A stretch of 64,000 nucleotides of DNA, counting the filler, from Asterionella formosa (Eukaryota), in the NCBI GenBank assembly GCA_002256025.1. It is 7 parts of 7 records of this genome, joined end to end, with 100 filler letters (N's around TTAATTAATTAA, not from the genome) between each part and the next. Parts side by side here need not be neighbours in the genome. Positions count along the whole stretch, not along the records: positions 37,029 to 46,174 come from NKIB01011052.1; positions 46,275 to 55,414 come from NKIB01011061.1; 5 more parts are not named here. One strand, given 5' to 3'. The notes under the pieces were generated by a model that was not told the DNA's origin, did no database searches, and worked only from the letters and a program-made list of their open reading frames with translations. Shown one piece after another: positions 37,029 through 50,345 of this stretch. How positions within the stretch are numbered: position 1 is the first letter of the stretch; each line of letters begins with the position of its first letter. The position numbers and the translations under genes were made by a program.

Positions 37029-38467
37029 ATGATTGATAGAATGTAGGTTCGATTCTGTGCGTTGTCGCCCGTGAAGTGACACAATTCGATCAGAGCAAAA
37101 ACCCTTGCCAACAACCCCTGCAGATGCAACGGCAGGACCAAGGCCTTAGTAGCGCCTATGATGAGGTGTCACAATGAATCTTGTGGACCTCTCTCTTTCT
37201 CCTGAAGGGCAATCCTGTTGCTATTCGAGCCTTCCACCCATGTACCAAGCTTGTTTGATCCGAGTGTAATAATATGGGACTGTGATGATGTCGTGTCATG
37301 AAAGGAATACCGGTACCAGGGTACTGGTACCGTATCGGTCATGATGTGATGGAATCAGCGAAAGGAGCCATCATACGTATGTATACCAGGCATTGCAATA
37401 CCGTATATATTGGTACTGGTAATACCTGGCACTCTTATTTGACAATCCTCATGATTACATAGGACCAGGTACCTGGTTCTACCTAGTACCTGGTAGCAGT
37501 ACCGGCACGTAGCTGAAGGAGAACGCGGTTCAGTGACATGTATTGATGTCAGAGATGTGAAGAACCTGGAGCTGAAATGTTCACTCCCCACGTCATATCG
37601 TCTGAAACGATTCTGCCTTGCTGTTTGTGTCGTACATAGCTATCTCAAAAACTCGAGAGTGAGTAATTGACTCCCTGCATTGTATACTGGTATACTAGCT
37701 GAGCTACCGTATTGTACCTGGTATACCGGTATCTAAAGTACCGGTAGCAAGTGGGCGGCAGTCATTTGCTGAAATGGACAACGTGACGCAAGACAGGCGC
37801 TAAAAAAGACTAAATTGAGAATGTCATCAACTCTCCTTGAGTCGACAGTATCATGACTGGTCGTTAGTTACGTATATAATCAATTCGTCTAAAAATGGAA
37901 ATGTCAAAACGAGGCAAATGGCTGAAAAATGAAAATGACAATGACTGGGGCAATAGAGGGGCGGCCTAAAGGAAAAGTAAGCGAGGTAATCAAAAGTAAG
38001 AAAAAGTAAGCAAATCTTCCTAAAATTGCTGAATTCTCTCCAAACTCAAAATCATTCTCCTTTTCCAGCCAAAGTGATGAAAAAAACCAATAATGAACAG
38101 TTCTATTTCAATTAGGATTTGAAATATTTGCATGCTTGCATCATCACATGTAACAACTATGTAGCCTCACACGATATAACTATAATACCTGGTGGTACCT
38201 AGACACATGCTGTTCAGGGTACCTGGTACCTGGTGAGCAATCTTGCACATCGATACAGATGTATATAGGGTTAGGGTTATATCAAATATATCGGAATTCA
38301 ATAATGAGAGAACTCGACCAACACCCATTCTATACTTTGATGTCAGTTCAGGAAATGAGTTGTACATACGGATTATTTAATAAGCCCATATATTCAACAA
38401 ATACTGCTACTTCTAGTTAGATACTTCACTTTGAATTCAAAAAGAGTCGAATTAGAAGACAACAAAC

Positions 38468-38946
38468 ATGGCAATGTATTCAAGGGTTCCTGTGATGCCT
38501 TTGATCAAAGACTACAATGTATTGACTATCAAGACTAAAACATTCTGAGTTGCTTTACCCGGTGGAAGGTTTGAATCGTTTGATCAAGACATGATCGATG
38601 GAAGCTTGGTGGAAGCATTGTTAATTGGAGTGAGTCAATTTCGTGACATGGCTAACACATGTGCCTTTAGCCCTGCAGATACCTTTTCTACTTTAAAAGG
38701 TGTTTGACCGACATTGCCTTATCGGATTGGTTGAATGTTGAAGTACACCCAGAAGATCAATCTTACAATAGTTTCGATGAAGCGATGGCTTTATGGTTAG
38801 ACGATCGTTTACCAAACAAGAGTTGTCAAAGTCAACGACAATGGATGTTACGTTGTTTATCTAAACCCTTTTCTATGTTGGTAATGGATTTCCGAGCTCA
38901 TATTAAAACTTTGAACAGGCTACTTCAACTAATAGTCTGCAAATAA
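38468..38946 (+). mobile_element. Gypsy-like gag remnant
   Basis: CLTDIALSDW...QRQWMLRCLSKPFSMLVMDFRAHIKTLNRLL resembles the stramenopile Gypsy gag KP..M.V..F..R...LN motif; contains stops. Confidence 0.5.
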
Positions 38947-39634
38947 AAACTATCATATTTCCATGATGCATCATAGGATTGTAATCATCTGATCATAATA
39001 TTTCGTTTTATCATCTAATAATTTTGATAAATGCCTTTGTAATTTAAATAGTAACCCTTTTGACTACATGTATTTAATTATTATATGTATTGTTTCTATT
39101 TGATTCCTGTATTCGAATTTCTTGGTAGGATAATGTACCAGTTCAAGTAATGTAATTTGGCTCGTCATTTCCATCCGTCATCACTCCGATTTTTGCAACA
39201 ACAACGAAATACTAGCGATGACAAGCGGAATGAATGTTTGCGACAACGTCTTCCATTTGTTGGTCAAGTGATCATTATATCTTCGAGTAATCGTCATGTG
39301 CAGTGAACCTTTGTTCATAATCATTCAATTAAGAGTTTACAGGAGAGAAGAAATCATTCGAACTCGTAATGGTTCCGCACACAGCGCACAAAGTAAATCC
39401 GTTTTGTCGACTTCAGCATGACAATTTCGCCAAACAACCCGAAAACAAACACATTCTACTTGTTCTCGTTGACATTTTCAATTCTCACATGATACTCATC
39501 TACTATTGAGATTCAGCATAGAAAAAGATGCGAAGATGTAACAAAAGACTACTGTCCACATAGCTATAGCTATAGAATGATTCTGATTAGAATTTCATTT
39601 TCATATCGCTCACTCGTTTCTGCATTTGGCATGC

Positions 39635-40085
39635 TGTACTTGTATTTACTATTGAACTTGTCCGCATCTTTGATACCATCAAGAGAGCGAAAGCAAGTGG
39701 CTCTTTTCATTGTTCTTTGCTCGTAGGAAAAATTTGATATCTGTATTGTCATTTGCTTGTTGGAACTGTCCGTTGCCTCAAACCTGCTTGGCGTATGCGT
39801 ACACACACTGTCGACTTGTTTTCAATGATATGTTGTTCTTGTATTCACTGTTGAACTTGTCCGCATCTTTGTTACCATCAATAGAGCGACAAGTGGCCTG
39901 GCTCTCTTCATTGTTGTTTGCTCCTGGAAAAGTCGGTGTCCGTGTCATCCTCATCAATAGAGAGACAAGTTCTTTTGTTGGAAAAATTGGTACCGTATCA
40001 TCATTCGCTCGTTGGAACCACTGTCCGTTGCCTCAAACCTGATTAGCGTTTGAGTACCGGTACCCGGTATGTGCACTGTCGACTT
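39635..40085. repeat. Diverged tandem duplication, about 190-250 bp x2
   Basis: TTGAACTTGTCCGCATCTTTG and CTGTCCGTTGCCTCAAACCTG...CACTGTCGACTT each occur twice. Confidence 0.85.
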
Positions 40086-40882
40086 TAGTACATTACAGGT
40101 GGAGTGACTTCGCTACTAAATTGCGTGATATAATTATATACCCCCTAGTAGCACGATGCAGAATACAGTTGCTTCCCAATCATCTCATCATGATTGATAA
40201 GATGATACTGTGATATCATGATAGGGTTACATAGATGCATACATCACCAAAGTATGATACGTAATATTGAATAAAGTACATCACATAGCTATGATACATT
40301 GATCCTAAAATTATGATGATTTTATGAAATATATATGATATAATTTTGATCAAAATATGATCATGTAAAAATAGTACAATGACAATAAAATACGATAAAA
40401 TATGTACGTAAGTGTTACCAAGACATCATAGAATATAAATCAAGCAATCATAAAGTATGTTAATTAATTTATATGTTTGTCGTTTAATATATACAGTTAA
40501 AGTCAACAGTTAATATGATAGTATTATACAGTGGATAGGATCTAAGTATATGGATGCGTTGATATGTACATCACTATAATATGATTTGTGATATGGATTG
40601 ATGCCTATCACATACCGGTATCCTCAACAACCAGCCATCACGTTCATTGTCGTGTCGTCTTTCGTTGTTTTAGCTATATATATGCCGGCATGTGTATTGT
40701 GTAAACACTACGCTGGCGGAACATGCATATTACACTGTGCTCTGCTCAACAATTACTACACTCGGTTACCATCACACCAGCTGCACCTCCACAAGCGCCG
40801 CAAAAAGCTCCGCATTTCCCTTCCACTGATTTACATCATAATCTTCTGGCCCTTTGACAACTTGCTTTCCAAATGGCATTTC

Positions 40883-42743
40883 ATGGATTTCATGGAAAGG
40901 ATCAGTCAAACAAGAAACGTGAGCGACTTACTTCCATTGTTTACACTACACGACTTTATGTTTTCGGAAAAGAAGATGAAGAAAGTTATGAAATCAATCG
41001 AAGATTCCTTTGAATACACTCAAAGATCAAATGAATTTTAACAGATTCATAATACTCCAGAAAAAATAATGAAGTATGCCGATACAATAGTGGCTGAGAT
41101 TGAAAAGAAGGAAAGATTGCTTTCGAAGAACAAGGAAACCCAAACAGTTGGACTGGTCTTCGTGGATGAAGACTCTATTTGTACAGAGTCACAGTTCCAC
41201 CATCCAGTGCCGTATTTTGCCCCTCATTCTCCCGAAATCGCTGATAATGAAGAAGAACTCAGTGATTCTCATTCATTTGATGAACAAAATCATGCGATGA
41301 ATGAAATATCGGCGGAAATGGCTGTGGTAGACATTTCTTCAGAAGTAGAAATGGTTGAAAAGTTGCAAAACCAAGAAACATATCTCACTATCCGTCCAGA
41401 ACATCAAGATGAGCATCATGAAAGCAGAGAAACTTTTGCATTTCTAAAAGAACCGATATTCAAGAAAAAGTCTGAGGTAGATCAAGACCTCGAATTCAAG
41501 AAGATCAATGCAGACAGAGATGTGATGCTGGCTAAGGCAGGTGATGCTCTGATTAGGGAACGAAGTCAGAAACACAAAATTGAATCTTTTTAAAAAGAAT
41601 TTCTTTGTAAAATCATTGAAAACAATCCAGAAGGCATCTAGCTACTTTTGTGAAGAGTCGGCATGTGAAATGTGTAGAGTTTTTATGCCAAAGCAAACGG
41701 CATTTTCCTTGAGTTTGCCGAAACGGCATGGACAACTAAAAATGTGGAAAGATTTGTACACTCGTACCCCACAAGATATATGCAATTTCGCCTCTGTATT
41801 TTATGGAGTCAAAGGTATCAAAAAATCATGTTCAGATTTTAAAGATCTGGCATATTGGGACCTTGAAACAATTACCTCTATGATCCATTTTATAATTCAT
41901 GAACTTCATCCAAGCAACTGATGTAAAGGCTATATTTGATCTGGATGAGAACCCAGAAAAGGGTAATAACTATCCATATATATATATCAAGGTGATTGTC
42001 ATCCACTTCATCACGAAAGTAACTATGTGCTAATTGTGTATTGCAAAAGATCAGATGAGGAGGAAAAAAATCATTTTGTGCATTATCTTTTTGCTATAAA
42101 TGATGGATTATGTCAAGTCCGTGACCCAAGAAAAGATGCAAGTGTGGATGAAGATTATGATCAATTATTTCATATTGCCCATAAGTACAAGTACTGCATC
42201 ATCCCCGGATGCAGAAAAGAATTGGAATTTTTATGCACCGATACAGGATATCTTCCACAAGAATGCCATAACATCCATGATTCCATGTTATTTCAACCAG
42301 AAGATGACAGTGGATGGTCATGCGGACCTTTTACAATTGTGAAAGTGTTGGAAACTCTATTGCAATTAGAAAGGAATGGCAAAACCAAATTTCTTGGCAA
42401 ACGGGCACATTTCCATTTGGAGACTGAGTCCTGGAAAGCTTTAAAACGTCAGGTGGTAGCAACGGATCGAACAGACGATTTCTTATCCATTACATCTTAC
42501 CCACCAACCAAGTCAACATACTTTCATCTTGGAACAGTTTGGCCTCAAGTGACAACGACAAATTCTCGTGAGGATATGTTTCAGTTGGAAATAACTGTTC
42601 TTCAATTTTGTATCGACAAAATCTTGACATCCTATTTAGATTTAAAAATGTTGAACGAAGTATTTGGACGAGTTCCTTGCAACTCTTCTTTCAAGAAGGA
42701 TGAAGATGCTTGTCTACGTAAAATCCATGATACAACAAAGTAA
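40883..42743 (+). pseudogene. Disrupted ORF with a Ulp1/SENP-like (C48) cysteine protease domain
   Basis: Ordered motifs DFKDLAYWDLETITSMIHF, HHESNYVLIVY, INDGL and FQPEDDSGWSCGPF; in-frame stops and frameshifts. Confidence 0.55.
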
Positions 42744-43099
42744 TGACAAACTTGCTCCCTTCAAATGATATAATCATGCACCTCTTGTCCAAATTTCTGG
42801 ATGCATCAAAATTGACAAAAAGTTGAAAGAAAATTTTGTATCTGATGATAGCCCTTCTGGAATCAAATTGAAAAAGTTTACAGACTCATATCGAACTGCA
42901 GTTGAAAAGTGGAGAAGCAAAATTTCGGACGAAACGAGAAGGACCATCTTAGGTTCTTTGGGAGTGAAAAAGAACAAATAATGGATCATTGGATATTCAT
43001 TTCTTAGGAAATTGTAGTTTGTGAAAACCTCATAATAATCAATTTAGTATGCGAAACTATATTGTTATCATTATCATTTATCTTATTCTTATATATTTA

Positions 43100-46000
43100 T
43101 CTACGTTCGCTTGTTAGTTTTTGGTCCCACCCGATTGATTTCCATAAATTACGTGGAGGCATGGCAACATAAAAATTATCTTTCCGTAGTATCTGTTCCA
43201 AAACTTCTTGCGGTTTCAGAGATTTCCTTGGCTTGATTCCCGTGGTTTCAAAGCAGGAACAACAAATACTGCCGAAAGTATGTTATGAAATTCAACAACG
43301 CTCAATTCAGTTGTATCATTGCATAAGGTGTCTCCTCTTGCAAAAAACATACGTTTATGAATTTTCATTTCAGTTGAACTTTTCAAGGAACGAATACACG
43401 CTAAGAGAATGGTTGTTGTGTTGGAGAAAAAAACATTTCCCCAAAGAAGTAGTTTTGCAGGAAATGTGTAGGAACTTGATCCATCTCCCTTCTCCCAGTT
43501 CACTTCGACCCAGTCAAACCATTCACGACCAGAGATTCCTGCCTTTGAATCATTATTCCATTTCGGATGGCATCTGAAAATAGTAGTTTGGCCGGGAATG
43601 TTACTTTCAATTTTAACATGATAATTAAAGTCAATCCTTACAATGGAAACAGGCCAATCCCATCTTCAAGACTTTTGATTTTTGCTATTTCTATTGCTGA
43701 ATTCGCAATGCTCTTTACGTAGTTGGACCCCTTCGGTAAATCAGGATGAACCAATTGAGACAAGGGTGCATCCTTACTCCGTGATACATGCCCAATCTTA
43801 TTAGGGACACCTGCTATAGTCCATAGACCATTTGATGATGAAGCAGAAAATTGAACTTTAACAGGAAGGGCTGGTGAATGGATTTTGGTAGGCGATATTC
43901 CCACATTTTCAGACGACCTACTAGGCAACATTCTTGTATCCGGAATCATTCTTTCGAAATCAATTTCTCTTGATATACCCCTATTTACATTGATGATATT
44001 TTCTCTACTCATCTTCTTTTGTTTGTTTTCTATATGTCATGAATCACTTACAAAAACAATTTTCGTGCCAAGGCAAACTGCCTTGTTTCATATGACCTTG
44101 TTAAAATGTCATGCTTTAATCGATGTAATTGTCCATTGACACGCTTACTGGGTATTTTCAATTTGTCTTTCAAAAAAGACTCCAAATATCCACCAAAGAA
44201 ATTAAGAGGAGATCAGAGCGAACTTCCTAATCAGATGAGGGTAATGTTTCATTCCATGAAATTTTGCCATTCGTAAGCCAGGCCAATTTGAGATATCATT
44301 TCCCGTTGGGGACCAATCATAATCTTAGTAACTGACATAAATCTCTTCACCCTTTCCTCTAAAATATCAATAAATGTTGATGTATATTGTGGTATGAATA
44401 AAGTGTCATTGATAGATATACATAGCCATAACAGCAATGTGAAATCCTTTTCTAGGTGCATTTTCTCTGAACCCATCATTCCACCCATTGAAAAAATAGT
44501 TAACAGACATAATCCGGGAATTTCTTGCCCTGACATTTTCGACAAAGCTGTCATCCCAGATCTGTATGACAATTTTGGAATATCACGATCGCTTTGCCTT
44601 CCTATTGATACATCTAGCAGCCACTTTGTTCGAAGTATAGTATCGAAAATACATTTCTGGTGCTGGTACAAGTGTTGGGTCTTGATTTTTGCCAGTGTAG
44701 ATATTTTTGGTAACTGGTGCGTGTGTCCTTTTTGGTCTTTGCCATTTTCTTCGGTTGCTCTTGATCAAGAAAAACAGAGTCTGTTGTTTCAGTGTTGCGT
44801 TTATGATCGGAGATGTTTTCTGGAATACCTGGAGATTTTCTTTCTTTAAAAAAACATGTCCATTCTTCAGGGATAGTCCGATAATTGTACAAAGATTGCA
44901 CCAAATAATCCTTCTAAGTCACCACCAAAAAATGATTTATTAGTGCAAGCATAATAGGATTATGCGATATAACACGGCACCACTCGTTTGACGTTGCGTA
45001 TTTGCCATTAGATCGGGAGACACAATACTCAGGTGGGATACATGGTGCATTTTTGTCAAGAAATTTGTTTAAAGACTTTTTAACATCTGACACTTTACGA
45101 CGTTCAAATCCAATATCAGGATTATCAGCATCCTCAGTTGAAACCAGGCAATCACGACAAACATTTTGTCGATATCATCCATTACCACCCCTGAAGCCAC
45201 AAATTTTATTGTGTTCTTCTGTATCACCAATGATCATTTCAATCTGGAAATAAACTTTTGTCATACCAAGACCATGAACCCAAATATCGTATGACTTGTT
45301 TGGATCTTCGAAAGGCGACAATAGAAATCCTGTAACAGAATGATATAATTTGAGTCTGCATAAGGACAAGTGGTTACCAGATAACTTATTATGCATTTGT
45401 TTTTCCAGATCACTGACTTCAATGTCTGGCAAAAGAGATACTAATAGCCATCCATCAACTTTTTTTCTTCCTTCTAACGTTAAGTTTAACATTGTCAGCA
45501 AAAACGGATACTCGGAATGTTTCATTTGTTTATCAATAGGTGAACCATCCCATCACTGAAAACTGCTAGGGCAACAAATAAACACCCTGTATTGACTTCA
45601 ACACTCCATTTTCTGATGCAGGAGAATTGTTGAATGCATTTTCAAACCATGTCGCAGAAGTTACTTCGTCATATATGCATACGTTCTCCAAAAGTTGTAA
45701 GTTTCACTTGTGGGTGACATACAAAATGTTGCATGATATCGGAATCACGTAGCAATCCTGCCATGAGCTGTACTGGTTCGAAATAATGGAGTGTGCGTGG
45801 GATGATCATATTTGAATTGTTATCTTTCTTTATTTGTTTGGTCAACAGTTGACCACCAGTTAATGTTGGTGGAAATGAAATTTCCATGCGTTTTTTCAAA
45901 GTCTGGTAGGATGGAGCTTGATACCTTTCATCAAAATATTTCATTGCTTTTGCCTTGAACAGCCATTTCATTAGATGATCAAAGTAAACTGGTGGAAGAT

Positions 46001-46174
46001 AATTCTCATTGAGGAATAGAATGAGTTCTAATTCGATTGGATGCATGCTCAGAGAATGTTTACTTGGAAGTTGAATTTGAGGAGGAAGGGGCATTTCCAT
46101 TGCATTTTCAGGGAGAAAGCCGGTGCGATCTTGAAAATCTGAATATTGCATGGTTTCTGAATTCAACCCTTGGA
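43100..46174 (-). mobile_element. Degenerate Plavaka / CACTA(EnSpm)-like transposase
   Basis: FDHLMKW, GLLRDSDIM, YDEVTSATWF, DGSPIDK..HSEYPFLLT, GWLLVSLLPD, MIIGDTEEHNKICG, RQSDRDIPK...GQEIPGL, KFHGMKHY, DWVEVNW...FPAKLLLW, all collinear on the minus strand. Confidence 0.75.
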
Positions 46175-46274
46175 NNNNNNNNNNNNNNNNNNNNNNNNNN
46201 NNNNNNNNNNNNNNNNNNTTAATTAATTAANNNNNNNNNNNNNNNNNNNNNNNNNNNNNNNNNNNNNNNNNNNN
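46175..46274. other. Artificial contig linker
   Basis: N44-TTAATTAATTAA-N44. Confidence 0.98.
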
Positions 46275-47340
46275 AAACTTCCCCAGGTAAGCACACCATT
46301 GTTTCCAGTTTCATATGCCAAAGTGCCCATCATTGTAAACTGACTATCATAATGCTCACTCACACCTTCATTGTTGTCATCTTCTTCCTCCTCGACAATT
46401 TTATATGAATTATGAATGAGATTACTGGGAAATAACAAGGCAAAGCTGCCATCAGCATTCAAGAGTTGGGGTTTAGTAGGGCCACAATGGTCAGGTGTCA
46501 ATGTAGACACCATGGTTGCAGTTGATGGCTGAAAGAGGGACGAACCAGAAGTAGTATACATACTAGTAGTACTAGACTTAACTTCTAGTTTAGCACTTTG
46601 TTTTAGTTCATTCTTCACTTGGTTAACAGATATCCAAGGGAAAATGCATTGCTTAGCTGATACTGTCCTAGAAATAGCACCATAAGGCATTTTTCCACCA
46701 TTCTTAGCCTTCTTAGCTTATAGCTCCCTAATCACATTGTTAAGACAAATCTGAACACTGACCAACTCTTCAGGAGACAATTTCTTTCGAGGCAAGGCAT
46801 TGCCTTGTCGAGGCGCTTTCGATGTCATGGTGTTGGTGTTGTGATGGGTGATGGGTGATTGTTGTGTGTTTGCATTTAATTTTTGTACTCATAATTCGGG
46901 CGCACCAGGAATTCCTATTTGACGTTTTCCATTAATGAAATTATCTCTTTATTATGGCGCACGAGCGAAAGCGCAATGCCGTCGTAGTCATATTAAATAA
47001 ATTTTAGAGGATACTAAATTAGTTTTCTAGCGGAGGAATATTCTCATACCTGAATACGTATATAAAAGGTGATGCTTGCTCAATCGAGTAAACGTGAAAA
47101 TATCCAATTTTCGCAATTTCACGTCGACAGCAACCTTTGGGCGATAATACCTAATTAACAATGTACACAATGCAACAATACAAGTACGGAAGTATTTACT
47201 CGCTATATAAATCTGAACAACTCGTTCGTGACAATAAATAGCGTATCTTGTAAACTAAGTTCAAACCGTGCGTTTACTCCGTTTAGCGGTGGCTTACAGT
47301 TCAAAAGTCGCCGTAGCGGTGGCTTACAGTTTTTAAGTGG
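46275..47340 (-). mobile_element. 5' end of a DNA transposon (pogo-like transposase N-terminus) with a candidate terminus at 47340
   Basis: Disrupted ORF from about 46828 (KNGGKMPYGAISRTV...FPWISVNQVKN); direct repeats TAGCGGTGGCTTACAGTT x2 at 47284-47332 ending ...AAGTGG|TA. Confidence 0.5.
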
Positions 47341-47880
47341 TACGTAAAATCAATGAATATGTGAACAATATAATTCAACATTTCAGGTCTCGTAAAAATA
47401 ATACCGAGTCTACAGAGATAATATTATTACGTGTTCAAAGTAAGCGTTGAAGCATGCATGGTTGTTTTTAGTACCACGTACGTATGTAGACTAGATGACT
47501 GCCGGACCGGTAGAATATCCGTTAAGCATCATCACATACCGGTACATGACCGGAGCAAAAACTTGCCACCAACATCAGATGTATCGATATCATCGTGCGT
47601 CCGACGAAATATGGACGATGCGACTACATGAATACCTCGAGAAGACAAGCAATCCAACAATCAACCGAATCCGTTAGGCAAAGAATCGCTACTGGCGTCA
47701 TCGCGGAACTGATTTCGCTTCAAACCGGTCATGATGGACGACGATTGGCATGGTGAAAGGTGAATTGCCGGAGTTCACTTTTCAGGAGACGAACAAAAAC
47801 GAGGTGAATTTTAGATATAAATTATTAGAATCTGTATAGTATATAAAATGGTTTCCTTAAGTAGACCCCTTGCCGATTTC

Positions 47881-48133
47881 GGCAATCCCAGGGCTGGAAA
47901 ACCGAGGGGCAATTGGTGTCTGTTGTCTTGCCAAAATGCGAACATATGAAATATACAAAATATATTTTAATGATGGGCAATATCGGACCTTTGGCAATTT
48001 TCGAGGTGAAGATGGGAAATATCCAAAATATATTTTATATGATGGGCAATAGTAGGCTAAAATTGACATTTATGCTAAATTTGTGGGCAGTTGGTAAGCG
48101 AATGACGCGACGATAGCTAGAGCGGGAATTGCC
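47881..48133. repeat. Short dispersed repeat, MITE-like
   Basis: Ends GGCAATCCC ... GGGAATTGCC. The right end GACGATAGCT(A/G)GAGCGGGAATTGCC recurs at 25398-25422 on another contig. Confidence 0.5.
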
Positions 48134-48499
48134 TCAACAATACCCTTCTCGGCGGCTACTTGCCTTCTCGTATACTTGCGTACTCGACTGGGATGGCACT
48201 CGTAGGGTGACCTTCTCGCAGCGCCGGGGGCGCCACTCGTACGGTCAACCTACTCGCGCCACCCAGCCTCGAACACATGTATACTCGCAGGCAATAGACC
48301 ACCTCGGGCGTGTATTGCCTTCAGCAATTGCATTCTACACAAATTGCGGCATAAAACAATAATAAATTTTTTAATGTGGCCATAGACAGTCGTTGCATGG
48401 AATACACATACTGGTATGCCCTGGTACCAGTAGCTACCAGTAACATTATATGTATGGCAAAAGCTCTCAGTTTCATTTGTCATGTTGTGGCTGAGAGCG

Positions 48500-50345
48500 A
48501 CAACTTAACGAGAACAGGTCGAGGCTGTTTTGGACTCGGGAAGAGCCAACTGTCCTCTAGAAGCTCACCGTTGGCATTCCTTCTCTCGAATCACATCGCG
48601 TATGAAGCATGGAATCAGTTGCTCACCCTTTGTTTGGAAGGCTTCGAAGCAACAACTACGACAATGTCGTGAAAGCGTTAATGGGAAATCCTCGCCCAGA
48701 TCCAATCTTGATTCCTGCAGTCCTTACTGACAAAACATTGCCACCCATTGCTACCGATGACGTAACAGCAACATCTTCCTTGCAAAGAATTGCAGATGCC
48801 TGCAGTTTGCTACTCCAACAGCGCCGCATAGTCAAGAACGCTCCTGCATTTGCTGCTTCAGCTTCACAATTTGCTCCCACCAATATCCTTCCAATGCCGC
48901 ATTTAGACCCTGCGTATTGTTTCTAGAGGAAGAATGATATGCGAAGAGAAACGAAAGTCAATTTGCTGTTCCTTATTCGTCGTATCTGTTGTATCTACTC
49001 AGCAGCAACCATTTGTGTTCAATAATCGCGCGGACTCATTGCTATTAGGTCGACCGCCTTTGCTTGTGCAGCTTGTGTTGCAGATGCTATTTGCCGCGTG
49101 AAGGCAGTGGATGATCCTAGTGCGTTTGCTTTGCATTGCTTACTCGGGTCTTTTCAAGGGTCCAACTCAGCCATTCGGTATCGAAGCCGGATCGTTCGAG
49201 TCTCTAGCTTCAAATCTCCCAATTTACGACCCAAATATATGTTCTCTACGCTTCCAGTGTCTCGATTATTTGAGGGGATCAACTCTGAGACGTGATGGTA
49301 CATTCAACCTCACAATATTTAATTTCGATGTAAGCGACACTTCGACTGCAGGTGATGTAGAATTGATCACACAGCTTGCGATCCAATTGGCCTTGTCTAG
49401 GCCATATCCCGCAACCAACGAGGCGAGGGCAAATCGTGATGCTACCCTGATCTCTGGGAGGAATGGAGCGATTGTTGAAGGTCTTCCTGACTTTGAGTAC
49501 TTCCGTGATATCATTTTCCATTTCAAGCACTCTGTGTCAGGCAAGTCACAGGCTGCTGAACCGAAAGACAACAAGCCTCAAGTCTGGTTCCCTTCCGATG
49601 CTATTCTTCGATGGGACGTCAAGAGGAAGGAAAAAGAAGATCCTGAACTGATCTACAGAGTTATGGCATACCAGGGTTTTCCTCAAGAGTTTGTGGACAA
49701 ATCTGCCGCAGTCCAAACCGGTCCTGGTGCCTTCCAAGGGTTTCCTGTCGTTGTTCGAAAAATCGAAGACAGAGCGGCAGAAATAATTCTCTGCAGACCC
49801 GACTACAGTTGTCAATTCCTGTGGCAAAAAATTCCAAAAATCAAGAGCCAAGCCTATTCCGGTTGAAAACAAGGATGATGTCCTTCATTTGACAAAAGAA
49901 GAATTGCCTTCGTTTAAAAACGTGATGTCACCGTCAGATGCTGAGCGATTCATTCAGTTCTTAACTGTCCCTTACATACTAATTCCTCTTATTTTAGACT
50001 TCTTTGCAAATGGTTACCCTGGACGGCCTTCTGGCTTGAAAACCAAGTCTTTGCAGCTGATCGTTGATGCATGCCTGTTTGAGCCAGGAAATTGGCGACC
50101 TGCTGATTTCACGGACATCATAACAGAAGTTCCAGTAGTGGATCGAGAGAAGCTGAAGGCTCTTCTGGCGACCCCTCATGGCACTCTCTTCAATAAGTTC
50201 GCCAAGTCTTTTGACGTTTTAACATCGTGTGTAATCAAAATATTCGAAAGGGCGCTGGACATGAACGTTGGGAAGTACACAAAGGTGTCATCGTCTGGTC
50301 CATTGATTCTGTATACAATTCGGTTGGCTGTTGCTTCGCATTGAA
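48500..50345 (+). pseudogene. Decayed internal fragment of a giant conserved protist protein (tentatively the DUF3638/DUF3645 deubiquitinase-like family)
   Basis: DDVLHLTKEELPSF...SPSDAERFIQFLTVPYILIPLILDFFANG...LQLIVDACLFEPG; stops and frameshifts between ORF pieces. Confidence 0.5.

Noticed and set aside
38266..38279. Telomere-like TAGGGTTAGGGTTA
   Set aside because: Only about two units, internal to a contig; compatible with chance.
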